The notes under the pieces are model-generated. The model made no database searches. It saw only the letters and a list, made by a program, of their open reading frames with translations, and was not told the DNA's origin. This document shows, piece by piece, positions 47,328-55,035 of a stretch of DNA of 64,000 bases (within the stretch, counting starts at the first letter, position 1; every line of letters begins with the position of its first letter). Made by a program: the position numbers and the translations under genes. This stretch comes from an uncultured Planctomycetales bacterium (GTDB lineage Bacteria; Omnitrophota; Gorgyraeia; Gygaellales; Profunditerraquicolaceae), in contig CAZYCL010000001.1 of assembly GCA_964645795.1 (NCBI GenBank), positions 287,194 to 351,193 on the forward strand, read 5' to 3'.

Positions 47328-47606
47328 GACAAATTACCTGAACTGTCGGGTTTGCCGCTGCCCCCATCCCCCGAAAAGCCGGATCTTATTTAATTGTATC
47401 TATTCCGGGGTATTTGTGCTAGACTGTAAATAGTCAACTATCCTTGCACCTCGGTAAAACGAGACAGTCCGTACCCGGCACGCCCTGAAGATCCTTCGCG
47501 TATTCCACCCCAATCAGGCTGTTTTATTTTTCCCTCACGGTTGACCGTTTAGTTCCAAAAATCACTTACTGCGCATCCCCGGCATTTTTCAGGAAGATAA
47601 CGTCAA

Positions 47607-48788
47607 ATGGTAAAAATGAGTAAAAAGATCAATGTGCTCCATGTAGCGACCCTGAACCGGCCGATCAGGCAGGACCTGGGTTACGGCCCTATCGAAACGG
47701 TTATTTATAACATCGATAAGGGCATCCACGCATTGGGCTACCGTTCGATCGTCGCCTGTTCCGGCGATTCCCGCGTTGCCGGAGAACAGTATACCACTAT
47801 TGAAAAAAGCTTCAGTGAATACTGGAGCGAAAATACGCGCGCGCAGCAACGAAATATGCGCAGGCATCTTGCCATGTCGCTTGGAAGGGCAAAAAAAGGC
47901 GACATCGATATCATCCACATGCATGATGCCATTATGGCAGAATATATTTTTAAGGGGGTCTTTAAAAGCCCGGTCCCTATCGTAATGACGCTCCATGTGC
48001 CTGCTGAGGAAAAAGGATCGTTCAAGCGCTGGAATGAATCGCTCGCTTCTTCTTCCGCCGCGTATTTTGTCCCGATCAGCGAATACCAGAGAAGGCAGCA
48101 TCACGGGCTGGTCAACGCGCAGAAGGTCATCCATCACGGCATCGATGTAGAGGGCTACCCGTTCAAAAGCGGCCCCGCAAAACACGACTATCTGTTCTCG
48201 ATCGGCAGGATCACTCAGGATAAAGGCCAGGATAAAGCCATCGAGATAGCGAAGAAAACCGGCTCCCGGCTCATACTTGCCGGCAATGTCCAGAACAAAG
48301 CAAAAGACCGGGCATTTTTCAAAAGATTAAATAAGTCCATCGACCTTGTGACTGACGCCGGAAAGCCTTTTACCGGCAGCGATTATTATGAGAAGGTAAT
48401 GAAACCCATCCTGGATTCGGGCAAGCAGATCATCTATATCGGCGAAGTTGACAGGGACCAGAAAAAACTGTGGTACCTGCACGCGCGCATGACCCTCTTC
48501 CCTATTCAGTGGGGCGAACCGTTCGGGCTCGTGCTGATCGAATCCATGGCCTGCGGCACTCCGGTGGCCGCCTTTCGCAAGGGCTCGGTGTCCGAAATCG
48601 TCATTCACAAAAAAACAGGTTTTGTCGTGGATTCGATAGATGAGATGGCTGAGGCCGCGAGGGCAAGCCGCCTTATCGATCCCAACGACTGCCGCAGGCA
48701 CGTTGAAGATAATTTCTCGATTGCCGTTATGGCCGGGAAATATTCACAACTATACCGGTGGATCTTGACGAAAGGACTCCATGCCTAA
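47607..48788 (+). CDS. Glycosyltransferase family 4 (GT-B, RfaB-like)
   Basis: Conserved EPFGLVLIESMACGTPV (EX7E region) and the GT4 C-terminal domain. Confidence 0.75.
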   Translation: MVKMSKKINVLHVATLNRPIRQDLGYGPIETVIYNIDKGIHALGYRSIVACSGDSRVAGEQYTTIEKSFSEYWSENTRAQQRNMRRHLAMSLGRAKKGDIDIIHMHDAIMAEYIFKGVFKSPVPIVMTLHVPAEEKGSFKRWNESLASSSAAYFVPISEYQRRQHHGLVNAQKVIHHGIDVEGYPFKSGPAKHDYLFSIGRITQDKGQDKAIEIAKKTGSRLILAGNVQNKAKDRAFFKRLNKSIDLVTDAGKPFTGSDYYEKVMKPILDSGKQIIYIGEVDRDQKKLWYLHARMTLFPIQWGEPFGLVLIESMACGTPVAAFRKGSVSEIVIHKKTGFVVDSIDEMAEAARASRLIDPNDCRRHVEDNFSIAVMAGKYSQLYRWILTKGLHA

Positions 48789-50742
48789 AGACATACCGGT
48801 AAGTAACGGGTCTTTTCTTTTGAATTTCGATCCGGATTATCAGATCCGGGATGTTTATTTCCCTTTTATCGGCCAGGAAAACCATTCCAGCGGCCATCCC
48901 TTCCGCTTCGGCGTATGGGCTGATGGCAAATATTCATGGATGGGCCCGGATTGGGAAAAAGACCTGAGATACCATAACGAGAGCCTGGTCACGGATGTCT
49001 TCTTAAAAAATGAGGCCCTGGGCCTGGAGCTGCGCTGCTCGGATGTGGTGGACCTGGATCTTAACATCTACGTTAAAAAGATCGAGGTAACCAACCTGCA
49101 TGATAAGGCGCGGCAGGTCCGGCTTTTTTTCAATCATGATTTTTACCTTTATGGCAACGATGTCGGAGGCACGGCCTATTTTGATCCGCGCAGCTGTTCG
49201 ATCATCCACTACAAGATGCACCGGTATTTTCTTATCAGCTGCCGGGAGCATGGCAATTGGGGCGTCAAACATTTTACCTGCGGCAGGAGAGGGAACCCGG
49301 AAAGCCCAACTGCCGGCAAAGACGGCGAAAACGGGGAGCTTGACGGCAATCCGTCCGCGTGGGGCTCTCCGCATTCTACCCTCGGCATTTGGCTGGAATT
49401 GCCGGCCAAGGGGAAAACAGACGCCTATTACTGGATAGCGGCGGGCACTACCTATCCGGAAGTCGCAAAGCTTAATTTGGAGGTCCATCAAAGATCGCCG
49501 GAAGAGCTCATCAGGCGCTCGTCAAAATATTGGACGACCTGGGTGCATAAACAAACCCTTAAAATAAAGGGGCTGCCAAAATCGATAACCGATGTTTTCA
49601 GCCGCAGCCTCCTTATCCTGAGAACGCAGATCGACAACCATGGCGCCATTATCGCCGCCAACGATTCCGATATCGTCCGTTTCGGAAAAGATACTTATTC
49701 GTATATGTGGGGCCGGGACGGCGCTTTTGTCGCCGCCGCTTTAGCGAAGGCCGGGTACTCCCATGTATGCATGAAATATTTTGATTTTTGCGCCCGCGTC
49801 CTGTCAGAAGAGGGCTATTTATTCCAGCATTATAACCCGGACGGGTCCCTTGCCAGCAATTGGCACGCCTGGCTGGTTGACGGTAAAGAGATCCTTCCCA
49901 TCCAGGAAGACTCGACCGCTTTGACCCTCTGGGCGCTCTGGATACACTACCAGAGCCTGAAAGACGTGGAATTTATCCGACCCCTCTACGGCACGCTCAT
50001 TAAAAAAGCCGCGGATTTCCTGGTCGGTTACCGGGACCCTCAAACCCTGCTGCCGCTGCCTTCCTATGACCTTTGGGAAGAACGTTACGCGCTGCACGCC
50101 TATACGGCTGCGTCCGTGGTCGCAGGCCTCAGGGCCGCAGCTGATTTTGCCAAGCTCTTTCAGGATACCTCCCTGGCGAAAAAGTATGACCTTGTGGCGG
50201 ACGAAATTGCGGCAGGCGTCAGCCAACACCTTTATCATGCCGGACTAAAGCGATTTGCCCGTTCGGGCTCCAGGGTAAACGGTGGTTACAAGCTTGATGA
50301 GGTCATCGATATCAGCCTGTTAAGATTGGCGTCTTTTGGGGTCCTAGACCCCAAAGATCCGCGGATGATCGAAACAGCCAGAGCCGTACGCCAGCAGCTG
50401 TGGCTTAAGACTCCTGTTGAAGGCTGCGCCAGATACCAGGGCGATATCTATCAGCGAGTGGAGAACAGCCCAAAAGACATCCCCGGCAATCCCTGGTTTA
50501 TCGCAACCCTTTGGCTGGCGGAATACTTCATCGACCTGGCAGAGGACCAAGGACAGCTTCAAGCAACCCTTCCTTACCTTGAGTGGTGCGGGAAAAACGC
50601 GCTCCCTTCCGGCGTGCTTGCCGAGCAGGTGCATCCGGTAAACGGCTCACCTCTTTGCGTCTCGCCTCTTACCTGGAGCCATTCCGCTTTTGTCTGGACC
50701 GTCCTGCGCTACACTGAAAAGGACAGGGCGCTTAAAAAATAA
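48781..50742 (+). CDS. Glycoside hydrolase family 15-like protein (glucoamylase/glucodextranase/trehalase clan)
   Basis: (alpha/alpha)6 catalytic-domain motifs YSYMWGRDGAF, LWEERYALHAYT, NPWFIATLWLAEY. 653 aa with an N-terminal beta domain. Confidence 0.7.
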   Translation: MPKDIPVSNGSFLLNFDPDYQIRDVYFPFIGQENHSSGHPFRFGVWADGKYSWMGPDWEKDLRYHNESLVTDVFLKNEALGLELRCSDVVDLDLNIYVKKIEVTNLHDKARQVRLFFNHDFYLYGNDVGGTAYFDPRSCSIIHYKMHRYFLISCREHGNWGVKHFTCGRRGNPESPTAGKDGENGELDGNPSAWGSPHSTLGIWLELPAKGKTDAYYWIAAGTTYPEVAKLNLEVHQRSPEELIRRSSKYWTTWVHKQTLKIKGLPKSITDVFSRSLLILRTQIDNHGAIIAANDSDIVRFGKDTYSYMWGRDGAFVAAALAKAGYSHVCMKYFDFCARVLSEEGYLFQHYNPDGSLASNWHAWLVDGKEILPIQEDSTALTLWALWIHYQSLKDVEFIRPLYGTLIKKAADFLVGYRDPQTLLPLPSYDLWEERYALHAYTAASVVAGLRAAADFAKLFQDTSLAKKYDLVADEIAAGVSQHLYHAGLKRFARSGSRVNGGYKLDEVIDISLLRLASFGVLDPKDPRMIETARAVRQQLWLKTPVEGCARYQGDIYQRVENSPKDIPGNPWFIATLWLAEYFIDLAEDQGQLQATLPYLEWCGKNALPSGVLAEQVHPVNGSPLCVSPLTWSHSAFVWTVLRYTEKDRALKK

Positions 50743-50787
50743 CGACCGTTAAACGGGAAAAAACCGTTATTTTAACCTTGAAGAAAA

Positions 50788-50821
50788 GCCTCTGCAGCAA
50801 GATATGATGCAGGGGTTTTTT
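50788..50821 (+). terminator. Rho-independent terminator CCTCTGCAGCAAGATATGATGCAGGGG plus T6 after the GH15 gene
   Basis: 8-bp stem and a T-run. It belongs to the same hairpin family as 44521 and 46108. Confidence 0.55.
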
Positions 50822-50874
50822 ATTACTATTTTTTATTGTAATGGTATAATTAAGGAAAAGGAAAAGGAGCGGCG

Positions 50875-51102
50875 ATGGGCAAACTTATTTTAATTCTGAT
50901 ACTACTGGTTATCGTAACGATAATATATTACGTATTCAAGACAGATAAAGCAAGGCAGGCGGAAAAAAACGGCCAGAAAGATGCCCGCTCTAAGGCGAGC
51001 GAAAGAATAATGGGCCCGGAAAGAAAGCTCCACCGGGAAGAGAAAAAACGCTGGGAAGACGACTACTGGAAACGACAGGAAAAAAGAGACCCCCAGGCCT
51101 GA
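50875..51102 (+). CDS. Small single-TM protein with a Lys/Arg/Glu-rich tail
   Basis: AAGGAG SD 5 nt upstream. 75 aa. Confidence 0.45.
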   Translation: MGKLILILILLVIVTIIYYVFKTDKARQAEKNGQKDARSKASERIMGPERKLHREEKKRWEDDYWKRQEKRDPQA

Positions 51103-51120
51103 TCCGTCCCGGGATTACGG

Positions 51121-51753
51121 CTAAAGGCGAAAGCTTTTGAACGCCTTCTCGATCCTTGATAAAGACGCGGGATCTATGTAAATTTCCCTTTTCTCCAAAG
51201 GGCCGCCCGCATAGGCCTCCCTTACCTCGTAATGCAGGATCTTTAAAACGAACGCGCCGTTAAGAAAATAAGTGACGTGCAAACAGCTGCGGCGGCCTTT
51301 CTCTTCTTTCTCTTCCAACCAACTCTGGGCCTTTACCATTCGCTCATACGCATCCCGGGCGCTGGACGCGTCATAATACCTTTGCGCGATCAGATTTACT
51401 GAGTCGACACAAAGGTTTGCGGTTTCAACGGGTTCTTTTCGGGAGGACGCGTGCGCGCCGGGCCGGGAAATAGCCATATCTTGCCCGCGTTTCCTCATGG
51501 CCTCTCTTGTTGCCTGCCTTGCTTGAGCGTACCGGCTGTCTTGAAGCTCACGCTGCCGGCTTCTTTCCAGCGCGTCTTCCATGCCCTGGGGATAAGACGG
51601 GCCTTGCTCTGTTGCTGCAAGCCCTGCCGCGCGAAAATGCCGCAAGAGAGAGTCGATTGTTGTCCCGGATGCGGCTTGAAGAAGGCCGGCCTGGGCGCAC
51701 AATGAGAAGAATGCCGAGATAAAGATTAATATCTTACGAATATCCCGCTTCAT
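51121..51753 (-). CDS. Secreted hypothetical protein (start moved to the Met with a GGAGGG SD)
   Basis: Signal peptide MKRDIRKILIFISAFFSLCAQA. The ORF-track start 51774 would contain the SD. Confidence 0.4.
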   Translation of the reverse strand: MKRDIRKILIFISAFFSLCAQAGLLQAASGTTIDSLLRHFRAAGLAATEQGPSYPQGMEDALERSRQRELQDSRYAQARQATREAMRKRGQDMAISRPGAHASSRKEPVETANLCVDSVNLIAQRYYDASSARDAYERMVKAQSWLEEKEEKGRRSCLHVTYFLNGAFVLKILHYEVREAYAGGPLEKREIYIDPASLSRIEKAFKSFRL

Positions 51754-51834
51754 AATCCCTCCTATCCAAGTCAACTTCTATAGTAAATATCCTATCAGGA
51801 AAACTGCAGCTATTTCCCGTAAACAGGGATACCT

Positions 51835-52953
51835 TTAAGGAGCCTGCCTGCTCCCCAACCACTCCTCTACCATTGGATAAAGGGCCTCTGCCGCAAAAAT
51901 GTGGCCTGCGGGGGTGTAATGGTCATAATCCATGAAATACCTTTTCCAGACCCTCTCTCTCCCATCCACCCCTGCTTCTCTGCGGGCCTCATCTTCAAGC
52001 AGTCCTAAAAGCTCCAGGTACCCCATATCATTGCGCCGGGCAAAATCCCGCAGCATCTCTTGCGTGCGGCTCTGGGCCGGACCGAAGAACTGGAAACGCG
52101 CCGGCGACACCATCAGTATGCAGCCGATCCCGTTTTCCCGGCATAGCCTCACCTCTTTCTGCAGCCATTGAAAACATTCTTGCCGGGCGCTGCGCAACTT
52201 CTTGTCATCTAAGGCGAGGCTGTCCGCCTTCTCGCACAATTCAACCTCCCGCTGCAGCGCTTCATAAGGCAGGGCCTTGTCGCCGAACACCCCGAACCTG
52301 ATCTTAGCCGCCGCTCTGCTCAAGAACAGGTAAAACCTGCTTTTCTCTCTTAAGAAATAATGCCAGCGGCACCAACCAGTCATCTCATGGTAATCGCTCT
52401 TACTGCCGCCGTACTTGCGGCAAACCAGGTATGGCTCTATGACGTCGTTGAGCGCAAATTGAATGATCACGATATCGGGGCTAAAGGCCAGGCCGCGCTT
52501 CAGGTCGATGTATTCCTGAAAAGGGGAGTTTCCCGGCACAGCCGTATTGATGACCTCAAAACGGGATTTTTTATTTTTCCTGTTCAAAAGCCGCTCAAGG
52601 ACCCGGGGGTAAGCGTCATCTGCGCCAACGGCGTGACCGAAACTGATGGAATCCCCCACGACCAGTATCCGGACAACGCCCCTGCCCTTCTCGATGGGGA
52701 TCTGCGGGCTCCTGTAGCCGAAAGAGTTTGTCTCTACCGGCTTGCCGGCGAACTCGCCGTCTTTGAGGTTCTTTTTCAAACGGTATATCTTTTCTTCGTC
52801 GTATTCAAATATGAATTTCCCGGGATCCTGCGCCGGATGATACCAAAGGCGGCAGGCAAACTCCGCCGCGCCGAAGAATACGGCCAGAAAGAATACGGCC
52901 AACGCGATATTGCCGCAGATATTGCTTATCCGTAACCTGCGCCCCTTAACCAT
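51835..52953 (-). CDS. Membrane-anchored SGNH/GDSL hydrolase-family protein (paralogue 4). Its start overlaps the upstream stop by 8 nt.
   Basis: VGDSISFGHAVG and DHYTPAGH. TM anchor NIALAVFFLAVFF. Confidence 0.6.
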   Translation of the reverse strand: MVKGRRLRISNICGNIALAVFFLAVFFGAAEFACRLWYHPAQDPGKFIFEYDEEKIYRLKKNLKDGEFAGKPVETNSFGYRSPQIPIEKGRGVVRILVVGDSISFGHAVGADDAYPRVLERLLNRKNKKSRFEVINTAVPGNSPFQEYIDLKRGLAFSPDIVIIQFALNDVIEPYLVCRKYGGSKSDYHEMTGWCRWHYFLREKSRFYLFLSRAAAKIRFGVFGDKALPYEALQREVELCEKADSLALDDKKLRSARQECFQWLQKEVRLCRENGIGCILMVSPARFQFFGPAQSRTQEMLRDFARRNDMGYLELLGLLEDEARREAGVDGRERVWKRYFMDYDHYTPAGHIFAAEALYPMVEEWLGSRQAP

Positions 52954-54250
52954 GGAGCGCCGGATTCCCGGAAATGAATTTGCCGACATTCAGAATACAC
53001 TCGTCCATGTTTAAATAATCCCAATTACCGCTCCTGCCTACAGTAAAGATATTATGTCCGTTGAGGATACCGCAAACCTCTCCCCGGGCCTGCTCAAGGC
53101 CTACCGTGGGTATAGGATAGGTGTATTTTACCAATCTTGTCTCGGTTAAAGCGATATCATCACAGGAAGCCACAATGCCAAGGCGAATAAGCTCCTGAAC
53201 CACCAGCTCGCTGATCTCTTTTTCGCTCCTGCCCGGAGAATCTTTCTTACGGGTCACCTCCGCTACTAACGCCGGCGCAAACTCCGGGCTGAAATTATGC
53301 ATCATGGTGAAGCGGTAAAATATCTCGTCCTCCTTGAAGAATGCCCAATGGCAATCCGCAAACATCTTGAAACCGCAGCCCCTTTTAAGTCCGACCAGGG
53401 TAAAAAAGGTGTCGTTCCAGCTAAACAGCCTCTCTTTTCCTTTAAGCCCGTCAAGCGGGAGCTTTCCGAAGAGCTCTACGAGCGGGATCGTGGAGAAGAT
53501 TACATCCGCCTCATAGCTTTTATCTTTGGCCATTACCAGCCACCTGACGCCTTTTTTCTCCAGCCTTTTCACCTCGGAATCCAGCATTATCCTGTCCCGG
53601 ATGCCCTGCGTCAGGTGTTCGATAAAGCCCTGTATGCCCTCTCTCGGATAAATGAACCTGGCCTGATGCTTCCTGCCGGAGTTCTTTAACCCCAGAAGAA
53701 ACAGGATAAAATCCAGGGTCGATGACGGCTCGATTTTAGAAGTCACCAGCCTGCTGGATATGCGCGAAAGCGGGCAGTCCCATATCTTCTGATTATAAGG
53801 CGTCATGAAATGCCGCGCGATCCCCGGGCCCAGATAGCGATCGATCCAATCCTGAAGACTAAGACATTGACTGCCGCAGCGCGAGCGTCCGAAGAAATAA
53901 CCACGCAGACACTCCAGCTTATCCTCCAAAGGCAGCTCCCGGATCCCCAGCTCAAAAGGGTAGCGAAGGAGGCGTTTTCCGCCATTCCTGTCCGAATGCA
54001 GGATCCTGACCTTCCTGTCCAGAACCGAATAAGCCAGCGGCAACGAATGGAAATAACCCGCCATCTCCTTGTGCCGGCTGTACAAGGCGTGAACGGAGAA
54101 ATCCCAATGGTACTGCCCGGTCTTATTGGTCCGGCACAATCCTCCGGCCTGAGGCTCTTTCTCAAGGATAATGAAATCCTTGCCCATATCCTTGAGCCTC
54201 CTGCCCAGCTCTATACCGGTGACTCCGGCGCCCAGTATGGCGAACTTCAT
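52946..54250 (-). CDS. FAD-dependent oxidoreductase of the UDP-galactopyranose mutase (Glf)/amine-oxidase-like superfamily
   Basis: N-terminal ILGAGVTGIE FAD fold. C-terminal GRSGNWDYLNMDECI resembles the Glf C-terminus. Confidence 0.55.
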   Translation of the reverse strand: MKFAILGAGVTGIELGRRLKDMGKDFIILEKEPQAGGLCRTNKTGQYHWDFSVHALYSRHKEMAGYFHSLPLAYSVLDRKVRILHSDRNGGKRLLRYPFELGIRELPLEDKLECLRGYFFGRSRCGSQCLSLQDWIDRYLGPGIARHFMTPYNQKIWDCPLSRISSRLVTSKIEPSSTLDFILFLLGLKNSGRKHQARFIYPREGIQGFIEHLTQGIRDRIMLDSEVKRLEKKGVRWLVMAKDKSYEADVIFSTIPLVELFGKLPLDGLKGKERLFSWNDTFFTLVGLKRGCGFKMFADCHWAFFKEDEIFYRFTMMHNFSPEFAPALVAEVTRKKDSPGRSEKEISELVVQELIRLGIVASCDDIALTETRLVKYTYPIPTVGLEQARGEVCGILNGHNIFTVGRSGNWDYLNMDECILNVGKFISGNPALHG

Positions 54251-55035
54251 CTTTTATTGCCCCGCAACTCGCTGCTTAATCTCCAAAGCCCAAACATGAC
54301 CTTAAACATGATCCGGGGCAGGCCAACGGCAGAAAAAATCCTGCTTTTTCCCTTAGCCGGCCTGGCGCGGTGCGAGACGCAAACCTCTCCGATTGCGAAA
54401 CCCGCCCGGCGGGCCCTCAGCATAAACTCCGTCATCACGCAATAGTCAAGGAGCCGGACATCGTTTAGCACCGCATCGATCACTTCTTTTCTTATCAGCT
54501 TGAACCCGGAATTGATGTCCCTCATCCCGATCCCGAATAGCGCGCGGACCAGGAAGTTATACGCCGCGGAAATTATCAGCCGGTGCCGGGGGTCAAAACG
54601 CCGGCACCTTCGGCCGCTTACGACATCTTTATCTTCCATGGCCGCCAGCAGCTTAAAGAAATCGCCCGGATCGTGCTGGCCGTCCGAATCGCTAAAGAAT
54701 ACAAGCTCGCCATCCGCCGCCTTTAATAGATCCTTGAATGCCCGGGTATAACCCTTTCGCACACCTGAGCTGACCATGACAAAAGGTATCTTTTTATTCA
54801 AGGCGACAAGCACCTCTTTTGTCCCATCGGTACTGCCGTCCTCGGCGATCAATAACCTTGAACCGTTGTATTTCTTGACTACCTTTTCGTAGAAATCCTC
54901 CAGGGTTTGGGCGATGGTGGCGGCCTCGTTATAAACAGGGATAACCGCGGTAAGGCTTAAACTCCCGCCCTGAGCGCTATTTTTTATCTGCATAGGTATA
55001 ATCCCAGTACGAAACTTCCTGGCGGCCGCGGACAA
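54247..55035 (-). CDS. GT2 glycosyltransferase, polyprenyl-phosphate sugar synthase (DPM1/ArnC-like). The true start may be Met 54993.
   Basis: VIPVYNEA, EDGSTDGT and DSDGQHDP (DXD) motifs. Confidence 0.75.
   Translation of the reverse strand: MSAAARKFRTGIIPMQIKNSAQGGSLSLTAVIPVYNEAATIAQTLEDFYEKVVKKYNGSRLLIAEDGSTDGTKEVLVALNKKIPFVMVSSGVRKGYTRAFKDLLKAADGELVFFSDSDGQHDPGDFFKLLAAMEDKDVVSGRRCRRFDPRHRLIISAAYNFLVRALFGIGMRDINSGFKLIRKEVIDAVLNDVRLLDYCVMTEFMLRARRAGFAIGEVCVSHRARPAKGKSRIFSAVGLPRIMFKVMFGLWRLSSELRGNKR

Noticed and set aside
49003-49491. Minus-strand 162-aa ORF inside the GH15 gene
   Set aside because: It is antisense to the GH15 catalytic-domain coding region, a shadow ORF.
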